A stretch of 30,588 nt of DNA from Nitrospirota bacterium (GTDB taxonomy: Bacteria; Nitrospirota; UBA9217): assembly GCA_027456925.1 (NCBI GenBank), contig DAIDTZ010000048.1, positions 1 through 30,588 of the forward strand, in the 5' to 3' direction. Positions 18,291-26,931 of this stretch are shown piece by piece. A program made the position numbers and the translations under genes. The notes beneath the pieces are model-generated. The model was given only the letters and a program-made list of their open reading frames with translations. It was not told where the DNA came from and did no database searches. Every line of letters begins with the position of its first letter. Positions within the stretch are counted from its first letter, which is position 1.

Positions 18291-21200
18291 ATGAATCCTG
18301 CCAAGTTTCTTCCGCCCAGGCCGGTCCGGGTGTTCGAGCGCGATCAGCTGATGAACAAACTTGCGGCCTGGGAAGACAAAAAGTTGCGCCTCGTCCACGC
18401 GCAGGCAGGCCAGGGCAAGAGCACGCTTGTTGCAAGCTACATCAAATCGCTGGCCTCGCCGTCGGTATGGTACAATCTGGACCAGGAAGACGAAAACCCC
18501 GGCGTATTCCTCTCGTCGCTGGGCAAGGCGGTCCAGCAAACGTGGCAAGATCGCCTGCCCACGCTGCCCCCGGTCCCGCACCGCTACGGCATGGGCCAGA
18601 TCCATCAGGGACTCGACCAGTGGGTCCGTCTGGTTTTCCATAACCTTCCTGATACAAGCTTGATCGTATTCGATGATTTCGCCGGCACACCTTCAGGGTC
18701 CCTGGAACAGCTCCTCAAAATGCTGATTGCGTCCACGCCGCCCTCTGTCCGGTTTCTGGTCATCTCCCGGACGCGGCCGGAGCTCGAAATTGCGAAGCTT
18801 CGCGCCACACAGTCCGTCGGCGAACTTACCGGAGAAGACCTCCGGTTCAGCGACGCCGAAGTGCAGGACCTCTTCACGATCATCTTCCGCATGCAGATTT
18901 CCGAGACCGAGGCGGCGCTCATCAACGCCACCGCGGAAGGCTGGCCCGCCGGGCTCGTGCTGATGCACGAGTATCTCTCAACCCTCTCTCCGAAGGCCCG
19001 CTCGCTTGCGCTCATCGACCGGCGCTCCACGGGGTTCCGGACCCATGTCTTCGATTACCTGGCCCAGGAAGTGTTCGTACACCTCCCGCAGGAACTGCAG
19101 CAGTTCCTCCTCCGGACGTCGATCGCCGATTATCTTTCCGCCCCGCTCATGGCGCACCTGACCGGCCTGCCGCGAACGCATGCGGGCCGCGGGAAAGCGT
19201 CGGTCGCCGGCATGGTAAAAGAGCTCAGGAGCAGAAACCTTTTCGTAACCGCGATGGACAGTGATGCGTCGGTGATCCGCTATCACGCCCTGTTCCGGGA
19301 ATTTCTTCGCAAAAAGCTGGTTGCCCAGACAAAACCGTCTGAAGTGAAGAAGCTCTATACTTCCGCCGCAACGTATTTCCTGAAAGCGGGAGACGTGGTC
19401 CGGAGCATAGACCTTCTCATCGCTTCCGGCCAGTTCGAGCAGGCCATCAGGCAGATCGAGCAGGCAGGCGAAGACCTCATCGTTCGCGGGCAGGCGCGTA
19501 CCCTTATCCGTTGGATCGAGGCGCTTCCGCTCGAATACGGCAACCGCCCCTGGTTCCTCTTTTCCCGCGCCGTGGCATGCCGCTACACCGACCCCCGCAC
19601 GGCGCTCGCTTTTTTCGATCTCGCGTTTAAGGGTTTTCGGTCCTCCGGCGCGGCCTACCATCGGAGCGCAGGGCAGATGCTGTCGCTCTGCGGGATCATC
19701 GAGACCTGCTTCTATGCAGGCGGAAACTTCAAACGGATGACGCGCGCCGCCGCAACGGCAAGCGCGCTGCTGAAGCGTACAACGCAGAAATCGCCCGACG
19801 CGCGTTCCCGCTTGCTTCTGGCGCTCGGTACCGCCTGTTTTTTCATCGGGAAACTCCAGCAGGGCGCCGAAGCGTTGCAAGGGGCGCTCGACGCCTTTCG
19901 CAGGTCGCGCGACCATTATCACCAGATCCAAAGCGCGATTTATCTTGCGCCCTGCGCCATCTACCTGGGGAACTTCAGGTTGGCGCGCGAAGCGATTCGA
20001 AAGGGCTTCGAAGCCCACGCCTCTATCCCCGAGGAATCGGGGGCCGGAGCGGCCCTGTCCATGGCCCAGGCCATGACTGCGCTGTTCGAGGGACAATTTG
20101 CCGAGGCCCAGGCATGCATCGACAAATGCCAAAGCCTTTCGCAGGAACATGAGCTTGAGGCCTTCGATTTCCTTTCCCTCGACATCGGCGGATGGCTCAA
20201 GACCGCGCTGGCAGACTATGATCACGCCGATCAGCTGCTTCAGCAATGCAAAAGCAAGGGGGAAGAACTGCAGAACGCATTTTTCAACGCGTCGGCGGCG
20301 CATTTGCTCGCAATAAATTACCTCCACCAGAACAAGCTCGATGCGGCCCAGGCCGAGGCGGACTATGCGCTTGCGGTCAGGTCGCAGTCCGGCAGCAGCC
20401 TTTTTTATGCACTGTCGCTCTCGGTAAGCGGGGCCCTCGAGCTTAAGCACGGCAGAATACAAAAAGCCGAGCGGATGCTGAACGAGGCGCTCTCGCTATT
20501 CCGCAGGAACGGGGCCGCTCAACAGGAAGCGAACGTGCTGCTTCTCCTGGCAGAGCTGAGCGCGCAAAAAAAACGGAGCCGCGAGTTCAGGGAGTTTCTT
20601 CACTGGGGTCTTGCGATCGGCCGGGAACGGGGGTTTACCTACTATGCTCTCTTCACCCGGGCGGACATGGAGAATCTCGTTCGCAGTGCCCTCGCAGAAA
20701 ACATCTGTGTTGACTACTGCGAAACGCTGCAGAAAAAATTCCGGGAAGGGACGAGCGCATCGTCCATCAGAATATGCTGTTTCAACGGATTCAAGGTCTT
20801 CCGCGACCGCGAGAGGATTACCGACGGCCTGTGGAAAAGCACCCGGGCAAAAACACTTTTGAAAATTCTCGCATCCCGCGACGGGTTGACCCTGCCGCGG
20901 GATACGGCGCTGGAACTGCTCTGGCCGGGAGACCGGCCGGAATCGCCGAACCAGTCACTGAACAGCATGCTTTCGCGCATTCGAAAGGTCCTGGAGCCTG
21001 CGGTCCGAGACGATGGGGGCGATTCCTGCCTGTCTCTGAAGGACGGGGTTCTCATGCTCGACGCGAGCCGCGTCTGGACCGACGTGGGACAATTTCATAC
21101 CCACATCGAAAATGCGGAACGTTTGAAGGTGCGCGGAAAGACCGAGCAGGCGATGGAAGAATACTCCCAGGCGGTCATGCTCTACCAGGGCGATTTTTTG

Positions 21201-21527
21201 CCGGAAGACCTCTCCGCGGACTGGACAGCCGCGGTTCGCGACCAGCTTCAAACTCGCTACCTGCGGGCGCTTGAGGCCATGGCAACCATGGCCGAAGGGA
21301 CCAGCGACAGTGAAAAAACCCGCACCGTCTATGAAAAATTGTTCCTTGCCGATCCGTGCAATGAAAACGCCTGCTGCTGGCTCATGACGCAGTACCACTC
21401 AGACGGCCGGCGCAGCGACGCGATACGCGCCTATGAGCGGTGCGAGCTGGCATTAGGCAGGGACCTGGACCTTGAGCCTGAGGAGCGGACGAAAAAACTG
21501 TACCGGGGTATTCTGGGAGGTGATTGA
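18291..21527 (+). CDS. MalT-like STAND ATPase-TPR transcriptional regulator with C-terminal SARP-type wHTH and BTAD domain (1078 aa)
   Basis: Start ATG 18291 after AAGGAGG. KFLPP..R..L, Walker A AQAGQGKST, WYNLDQED, Walker B LIVFDD, EGWPAGL, FDYLAQEV, YHALFREFL, then TPR-like helices. C-terminus has LLELLWP-like TALELLWP, VWTDV, LYQGDFL, DPCNE and AYERC..L..DLDLEP. Confidence 0.88.
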   Translation: MNPAKFLPPRPVRVFERDQLMNKLAAWEDKKLRLVHAQAGQGKSTLVASYIKSLASPSVWYNLDQEDENPGVFLSSLGKAVQQTWQDRLPTLPPVPHRYGMGQIHQGLDQWVRLVFHNLPDTSLIVFDDFAGTPSGSLEQLLKMLIASTPPSVRFLVISRTRPELEIAKLRATQSVGELTGEDLRFSDAEVQDLFTIIFRMQISETEAALINATAEGWPAGLVLMHEYLSTLSPKARSLALIDRRSTGFRTHVFDYLAQEVFVHLPQELQQFLLRTSIADYLSAPLMAHLTGLPRTHAGRGKASVAGMVKELRSRNLFVTAMDSDASVIRYHALFREFLRKKLVAQTKPSEVKKLYTSAATYFLKAGDVVRSIDLLIASGQFEQAIRQIEQAGEDLIVRGQARTLIRWIEALPLEYGNRPWFLFSRAVACRYTDPRTALAFFDLAFKGFRSSGAAYHRSAGQMLSLCGIIETCFYAGGNFKRMTRAAATASALLKRTTQKSPDARSRLLLALGTACFFIGKLQQGAEALQGALDAFRRSRDHYHQIQSAIYLAPCAIYLGNFRLAREAIRKGFEAHASIPEESGAGAALSMAQAMTALFEGQFAEAQACIDKCQSLSQEHELEAFDFLSLDIGGWLKTALADYDHADQLLQQCKSKGEELQNAFFNASAAHLLAINYLHQNKLDAAQAEADYALAVRSQSGSSLFYALSLSVSGALELKHGRIQKAERMLNEALSLFRRNGAAQQEANVLLLLAELSAQKKRSREFREFLHWGLAIGRERGFTYYALFTRADMENLVRSALAENICVDYCETLQKKFREGTSASSIRICCFNGFKVFRDRERITDGLWKSTRAKTLLKILASRDGLTLPRDTALELLWPGDRPESPNQSLNSMLSRIRKVLEPAVRDDGGDSCLSLKDGVLMLDASRVWTDVGQFHTHIENAERLKVRGKTEQAMEEYSQAVMLYQGDFLPEDLSADWTAAVRDQLQTRYLRALEAMATMAEGTSDSEKTRTVYEKLFLADPCNENACCWLMTQYHSDGRRSDAIRAYERCELALGRDLDLEPEERTKKLYRGILGGD

Positions 21528-21574
21528 AGCACGACGAAGATAAGTGATCTCCAGGATAGGCGGGAGTGGAGCCC

Positions 21575-21595
21575 CCTCCGGAAGAAGCCGGGAGG
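21575..21595. terminator. Possible bidirectional hairpin between the convergent regulator and mltA
   Basis: CCTCCGG-AAGAAG-CCGGGAGG with one bulge; no clear U tract. Confidence 0.3.
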
Positions 21596-21627
21596 ATTGC
21601 ACACGCGGGATTCACCGTTTCTCAGAC

Positions 21628-22830
21628 TCATTCTTCCTGCTTTCTGCGAAGCAAGAAGTACAGCTTCCCCTCATGCTGCAGGTTCCCCGCAGTAAGTTCA
21701 GCGTCTGCTCCCTGACCGAAGAACAGATCGACCCTTCCCGGCCCCTTGATCGCGCCGCCCGTGTCCTGGTTCATCACGAACCGCGTAAAAGGCACCCATT
21801 TCTTGATCTCGTTGTTCTCGATCACCGGTTTCTGCGACGTGATAAGACCCAAGGCGCCCTTGGGGAAGAGCCTGCTGTCCGTGGCTATGGAGCGTCCCGG
21901 CGTGAGCGGCACGCCGATGTTCCCGCGGGACGGCCCCGTGTCGAGCCGGAAGAAGACATAGCTCTGGTTCCGGCACAGCACCTCGTTCAATTTCTCGGGA
22001 TGAGAACGAAGGTATTCCCGCAGCGCCTGCATGGACATCGTGTCCCTGGCCATCGCCCCCGTATCGATCAGATATTTGCCGATGCTCGTGTACGGCCTGC
22101 CGTTCTGGCCGTCATACAGAACGCTCAGGACATTCCCGTCCCCGAGGTCGACCTTGCCCGAGCCCTGCACCTGGAGCACATAGATGTCGACGAGGTAGGA
22201 GCACCAGAGGATCTCGAAATTTTTATTCGCAAGCAGCTTCTTCCCGTCGATCTCTTCCCGTGAATAATAGGGAACGACTTTCTTGCCGTCCAGCCTGCCG
22301 AAGAGTTTGTCCTTGGGAAAGCCCGTACCAAACTGCGAAAGATCGATTTCGATCATGTCGTCGGGCTTGCGATAGAGCGGAAAGCGGAACGTCTCATCAG
22401 GAGCAACCCGGCAGGAAAGGGTTGGCTCGTAGTATCCCGTGAGCAAAATGGTGCCGCCGCCGTTTGTTCCCACGGATTGGTAAAGAACAAAATCCTTTTT
22501 GATCCGTTCGATCTTTTGGTCAAAAGAAAGGGAATCGTTCTCGACGATCAGCAGAAAGTTCTGGAGCGTGACAACCTGGTCCAGCGCGGTCACCTTATCG
22601 GGGCCGAAAGAAAAAACCGTGTTCTGGGGAAGCTTCTTATAATACTCCAGGCTCTGGCGCGCTGCAGTTGCCATGCCCTTAAAATCCATGTCATCGGCCG
22701 GCTCCGCCGCTTTCCTCCACGAGACGGGCTCCATGGCCTCCTCCGGTTTCGTCACCATGAGCGGCGCTCGGACACAGGCAAAGAGGGAAAATAAAAAAAT
22801 CGTTGATAGTATAAATCTTCTCGTGTTCAA
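21628..22830 (-). CDS. mltA: Membrane-bound lytic murein transglycosylase A (MltA + 3D domain), lipoprotein
   Basis: Likely TTG start at 22830 (MNTRRFILSTIFLFSLFAC lipobox). Motifs TGYYEP, LQVQGSG, NGRPYTSIG, NQSYVFF, TPGRSIATD, catalytic QDTGGAIKG, DLFFGQG. Confidence 0.92.
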   Translation of the reverse strand: MNTRRFILSTIFLFSLFACVRAPLMVTKPEEAMEPVSWRKAAEPADDMDFKGMATAARQSLEYYKKLPQNTVFSFGPDKVTALDQVVTLQNFLLIVENDSLSFDQKIERIKKDFVLYQSVGTNGGGTILLTGYYEPTLSCRVAPDETFRFPLYRKPDDMIEIDLSQFGTGFPKDKLFGRLDGKKVVPYYSREEIDGKKLLANKNFEILWCSYLVDIYVLQVQGSGKVDLGDGNVLSVLYDGQNGRPYTSIGKYLIDTGAMARDTMSMQALREYLRSHPEKLNEVLCRNQSYVFFRLDTGPSRGNIGVPLTPGRSIATDSRLFPKGALGLITSQKPVIENNEIKKWVPFTRFVMNQDTGGAIKGPGRVDLFFGQGADAELTAGNLQHEGKLYFLLRRKQEE

Positions 22831-22907
22831 TTCATAAACCGCCTTTGGGCATTTTAAAACCATTTTGACTGTTATGGTGCAAATCCGCACTCTCCTGACG
22901 TGAGGGC

Positions 22908-22936
22908 AATTTATACTTTTCCCGCAGCCTTGTCAA
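22908..22936 (-). promoter_or_regulatory. Candidate promoter for mltA
   Basis: Minus strand TTGACA (22936-22931), a 17-nt spacer, then TAAATT (22913-22908). Confidence 0.4.
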
Positions 22937-22940
22937 TTAT

Positions 22941-23116
22941 CCTATAAAAGCATGTGGGACGCAGACAAAATCGGATAAACGCGGATGAAAACTTGGCAAC
23001 AAAATACTTCTGAAACTAAAAAAGACTCCCCTTTGCGATGAAGCATCTTTACCCTTGCACGTGCCGTTCTATCCGCGAAAATCTGCGTTCATCGGCGTCC
23101 GACTGCCGTTTTCACG
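22941..23116. mobile_element. MITE-like element of the same end-family, 176 bp
   Basis: Left end CCTATAAAAGCATGTG-GGACGCAGAC-AAAATCGGAT-AAACGCGGAT. Right end ATCCGCGAAA-ATCTGCGTTC-ATCGGCGTCC-GACTGCCGTTTTCACG. Flanks ATTAT / ATAAT match at 4 of 5 positions. Confidence 0.6.
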
Positions 23117-23217
23117 ATAATTCGTTGTAATTATGAGAACGAAGAAGTATAAAGAATATTACTGTGGCAACAAGCCCTTTGTAAAGAGCTTTTTCTGCTT
23201 TGAGAAGGTCGGAGAAA

Positions 23218-24090
23218 ATGATCATCAGCGCCAGTAGAAGAACTGATATCCCGGCATTTTACAGCGATTGGTTCATGAAACGGATCGAAGAGGGCTTTGT
23301 TTTGGTTCGGAACCCGATGAATGCCCGTCAAGTGAGCCGGATTTCCCTGGCCCCGGAACTCGTGGATTGCATCGTCTTTTGGACAAAGAACCCGGCCAGG
23401 ATGATCGACAAGCTGACTGTTCTTGACCGGGAAAAGTATAGTTACTACTTTCAATTTACGCTGACGCCCTATGGGAAAGATATCGAGCCGAATGTACGGG
23501 ATAAAAACGACGTTGCAGCAACGTTCATCGAATTGTCGGAGAGAATCGGCAAAGAGCGCGTTGTGTGGAGATATGACCCGATACTCATGACGGACTCGAT
23601 AAACAGGGATTTTCACTGCAGGTCCTTTGAACGCTTAGCCAGGGCACTGACCGGACACACTGATACATGCATCATCAGCTTCGTGGATTTTTATGCGAAA
23701 TGCCGAAAGCGGCTGAGCAGTCTCAAGGCCCGCGAGATGAGCCTGGAAGATATTCGCGCCGTCGCAGGAGCATTTGCCGGCATATGCAAGGCCTATAATT
23801 TGAAACTCGAAACGTGCGCTGAAGAGGTCGATCTTTCAGATTTGGGCATAGGCCATGGAAAGTGTATCGATGATGAACTTATATCCAGGATCATCGGGCG
23901 GCCGTTTGAAGTGAAAAAGGATAAGTCGCAGCGTGAACTCTGCGGATGTGCCGCCAGTACGGATATTGGAGCGTATAACACCTGTCCTTTTGGTTGCCTT
24001 TACTGCTATGCCAACAATGGTAGCGAGGCTGTGTCAGCAAAGATATCTCTCCATGACAGGGAGTCTCCCTTGCTGTCGGGCGCTGAGTAA
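23218..24090 (+). CDS. DUF1848 domain protein
   Basis: MIISASRRTDIPAFY, FWTKNP, WRYDPI, CIDDELI, and C-terminal CGC..STDIGAYNTCPFGCLYCYAN; RBS GGAG. Confidence 0.9.
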   Translation: MIISASRRTDIPAFYSDWFMKRIEEGFVLVRNPMNARQVSRISLAPELVDCIVFWTKNPARMIDKLTVLDREKYSYYFQFTLTPYGKDIEPNVRDKNDVAATFIELSERIGKERVVWRYDPILMTDSINRDFHCRSFERLARALTGHTDTCIISFVDFYAKCRKRLSSLKAREMSLEDIRAVAGAFAGICKAYNLKLETCAEEVDLSDLGIGHGKCIDDELISRIIGRPFEVKKDKSQRELCGCAASTDIGAYNTCPFGCLYCYANNGSEAVSAKISLHDRESPLLSGAE

Positions 24091-24187
24091 TATCGTGATG
24101 TTGAAACGCATTTGTCGTGGATCGGGAAGCGATCCCCATGCCCCCTCGGGCGTAACAACCTCCCGCTCTCCTTCTCAAGTTCCGCAG

Positions 24188-24376
24188 TCATTTCCCCGTG
24201 ATAAAGAGTCTCACTATTCTACCTACAAGGATTATCCCTAAGATAATGCCTGTGGCTAGTGCAAGGAAGATAGCAAAAAAAAGAGTCAGCTTGAAGACCA
24301 GAAAAAAGAGAGGGATTAACACGGCGCAGAGTATTATCGTCAGGCAACCTGTGACAAAATCCTTCGCTTCCAGCAT
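24188..24376 (-). CDS. Small two-TM hypothetical membrane protein (62 aa)
   Basis: ATG 24376 after AAAGGA: MLEAKDFVTGCLTIILCAVLIPLFFLVFKLTLFFAIFLALATGIILGIILVGRIVRLFITGK*. Fills the gap between DUF1848 and the GGDEF gene. Confidence 0.55.
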   Translation of the reverse strand: MLEAKDFVTGCLTIILCAVLIPLFFLVFKLTLFFAIFLALATGIILGIILVGRIVRLFITGK

Positions 24377-24548
24377 TAAGGTGGTCCTTTCCGTTTTCCC
24401 TTTCAGAGGGAGTCTAGTGACAATTATAACAGAAGTGGGCTGGGGGAGAAGATCAAGGAGGGGAAATTTAACAGTAGAGACCTGATATGGCCTGGCAATA
24501 CGACAATTAAGAAGCAAGAAATTTTGAGAAATGAGGTTCTTGCTTTTC

Positions 24549-26693
24549 TTAATTCTCTCTTCCCCGCTTGCTTCTTTTTTGTTCATACATCAGCGCGTCT
24601 GCCTGGACCAGCAGTTCATCAAGAGAACTGGGATTCTCGTGGTCGTAATAGCCAAGTCCTGTGCTTAATGACAGTTTCCAGGGTTCGCTTTCCCCGGCAT
24701 TAAAGATATCCAGATTTTTCTGTAAACGGGCAGTAACCAGATCAGTATCCGTCTTCGTTATCCCTATCGGGACAACCACAAACTCATCTCCGCCGAGACG
24801 AGCGATGATGTCTACATTCCGAAAGGACTTCTTGAGGATATTGGCAATCATGATTAAAGCCTTATCCCCTTCTTTATGGCCCAGGTTGTCATTGATCGCC
24901 TTTAAACCATCCATATCCGCGGACAGTATATACATGCTTCTCTTCAATCGTTTGGCCATATTCAATTCCCGCTCGGCAAGGTCGTAGAATCCTCTCCGGT
25001 TGTACAGGCCGGTCAGAGCGTCGGTAAAGGAAAACTCACGGAGTTGCGCTTCCATGCGTTTACGCTCGGTTATATCCCTGAGTATCCCCTTGATACCGAG
25101 AAAATCGCCTTTCTCGTCCTCTATCATCATGCTCGACGCTTCAAGTTCCAGTGGTTCTCCATTTATTTTCCTGGCCGCCATGTAGTAGGCGCTTACCGCC
25201 TTCTTGATCTTCAACTCCTGCCTGAACGCCTCCCTGTCCTTCGGGTCTCTCCAGTAGTCAAGCGCGTTCCTGCCGATCATTTCAGAGGGGTCTTCGTGGC
25301 CGAATATCCTCGCCCCCGCCCGGTTCATCATTATAAAGACACCTTCAGCATTGACCTGATAGATCCCGTCCAGGGACGCGTCAAACAAATTTTTATATTC
25401 CGCTTCGGTCTTCCGGAGTTCTTCCTCCATCTGTTTCCGCCCGGTAACGTCCTCATACAGAGCCAGCCAGACAATTCCGTGGGTAGGGTGCTCAAAGGAC
25501 GAAACAGTGCCGGAACACCAGAAAAGTGTCCCGTCTTTTCTTCTATTCCGGACTTCGCCGGTCCACACCCCGGCCTCCCTTAGCGACGTTGCCACGTCAT
25601 TGGCCGTTGCAACCGGAGACGTTCCGGAAGAGGCGTTCAATATGCTGATATTTTCTCCGATCAGTTCCCCCTGCCCATAACCGAACATCTTCTCAAACTT
25701 CGGATTGGTATAAGCAATGACGAGGTCAATTGCTCTGACCAGAAATACCCCCTCTTCCATTTTGTTTATGATCTCGCTGTCGAGTCGAAGCGCTTCTTCC
25801 GCCCTGGCGAAATCAGCGTGTGCCTGGTCTATTTGACCTCCGATCGATTTTGACATCTTCGTTATCAACAGGGTGACGACAAGTACGGATAAAATGGCGA
25901 GCAATGAAGATAAGAGCGCGGGATTGACGGTTTTCGTATAGGTCGTCATATACAGCAGCCCATCGACCAAAATGAGCGTGATGAGGGCGGGAAGAAACGA
26001 CCTCATCAACTGACTGCGAACAGTCTGACCTGTAAAAACACTGAAAGGCAGGGCAGTCGGCCCGGCCGCGGCTGTCAATCCGAGACCTGAAAGGACAAAA
26101 GCTGCAGCAGTCGGGAGCGCGACCGGTATGATGGTGCCGCCGTACAGGAGAGGCGTGCCGTACGCGTACCCGGCAAGAACAATACATCCAAACACGCTGA
26201 CGGCTATTCCAGCGAATGCTGCATTGTTTTTAAAACGAACCCTGGATTGGGATGAAAAGACCAGAAAGAGGATGCCTGTTGCCCCGGTTAAAAAGGCGGC
26301 AGCGGTCAGCGGCGACATATGGCCTGCACGAACATTACCAACTGGCAACGGCATGTTCAGCCACAGATATTCTGCCTCGCTTGAGATGTTAAGAAAAAAA
26401 CCGATGATTATCGCTGACGCGAGCACGAACGTCAAACAGGCAGAGAAGACGGCAAGTCTGCGCCGGGCAAAACTCAGAGGACGAAACACGTATGCCAGAA
26501 AGGACGAACTGAGTATGCTGAAACACAGTGCAGTGCTTGGAGCAATCGGAATGTAATCCGTGTGTAATCTGGTTACGATCAGCACGCCCGAAAACCATCC
26601 CAGTAAAGACACAACACTGATGAGAGCTACGAGAAATAAGCTCGCTTGGGCTATTCGCTTTAAATCAATCTCCAGCCGTTTCACAGGCTTCAC
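24549..26693 (-). CDS. Membrane-anchored PAS-PAS diguanylate cyclase (GGDEF)
   Basis: About 7 N-terminal hydrophobic segments, two PAS/PAC domains (NPKFEKMFGY..ELIG, NRAGARIFG), DALTGLYNRRGF, I-site RNVD and an intact GGDEF. Start is uncertain (GTG 26693; the ORF extends to TTG 26711). Confidence 0.88.
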   Translation of the reverse strand: MKPVKRLEIDLKRIAQASLFLVALISVVSLLGWFSGVLIVTRLHTDYIPIAPSTALCFSILSSSFLAYVFRPLSFARRRLAVFSACLTFVLASAIIIGFFLNISSEAEYLWLNMPLPVGNVRAGHMSPLTAAAFLTGATGILFLVFSSQSRVRFKNNAAFAGIAVSVFGCIVLAGYAYGTPLLYGGTIIPVALPTAAAFVLSGLGLTAAAGPTALPFSVFTGQTVRSQLMRSFLPALITLILVDGLLYMTTYTKTVNPALLSSLLAILSVLVVTLLITKMSKSIGGQIDQAHADFARAEEALRLDSEIINKMEEGVFLVRAIDLVIAYTNPKFEKMFGYGQGELIGENISILNASSGTSPVATANDVATSLREAGVWTGEVRNRRKDGTLFWCSGTVSSFEHPTHGIVWLALYEDVTGRKQMEEELRKTEAEYKNLFDASLDGIYQVNAEGVFIMMNRAGARIFGHEDPSEMIGRNALDYWRDPKDREAFRQELKIKKAVSAYYMAARKINGEPLELEASSMMIEDEKGDFLGIKGILRDITERKRMEAQLREFSFTDALTGLYNRRGFYDLAERELNMAKRLKRSMYILSADMDGLKAINDNLGHKEGDKALIMIANILKKSFRNVDIIARLGGDEFVVVPIGITKTDTDLVTARLQKNLDIFNAGESEPWKLSLSTGLGYYDHENPSSLDELLVQADALMYEQKRSKRGREN

Positions 26694-26931
26694 GGAAAAC
26701 CCCCGGCCCAATACGTTATTTGAATGGAAACTTTACTCCAAGTGGCCGGAAATGTCCCGAAGAGAGATAGGCGATAAACCCCGCAAAAAAATGGCAACTC
26801 CGACTTTACATTTTGCATCCACCTGCATTGTCATATTATTCGTTAAAAAAAATCTTTCTTTTCCTCGCGCTTTTGTGTAGTATAGCACTTACTTACATTA
26901 AGAACTCCCTTGTGGAGATTGAGGTCACCTT

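Noticed and set aside
14394-23116. Integron attC sites or CRISPR repeats as the explanation for the repeats
   Set aside because: No RYYYAAC/GTTRRRY boxes in the right arrangement, no integrase or cas genes, and no regular repeat-spacer array.
24006-24191. 61-aa minus ORF with ATGA coupling to the small membrane protein
   Set aside because: Overlaps the conserved DUF1848 C-terminus antisense by 85 nt and has no recognisable features.
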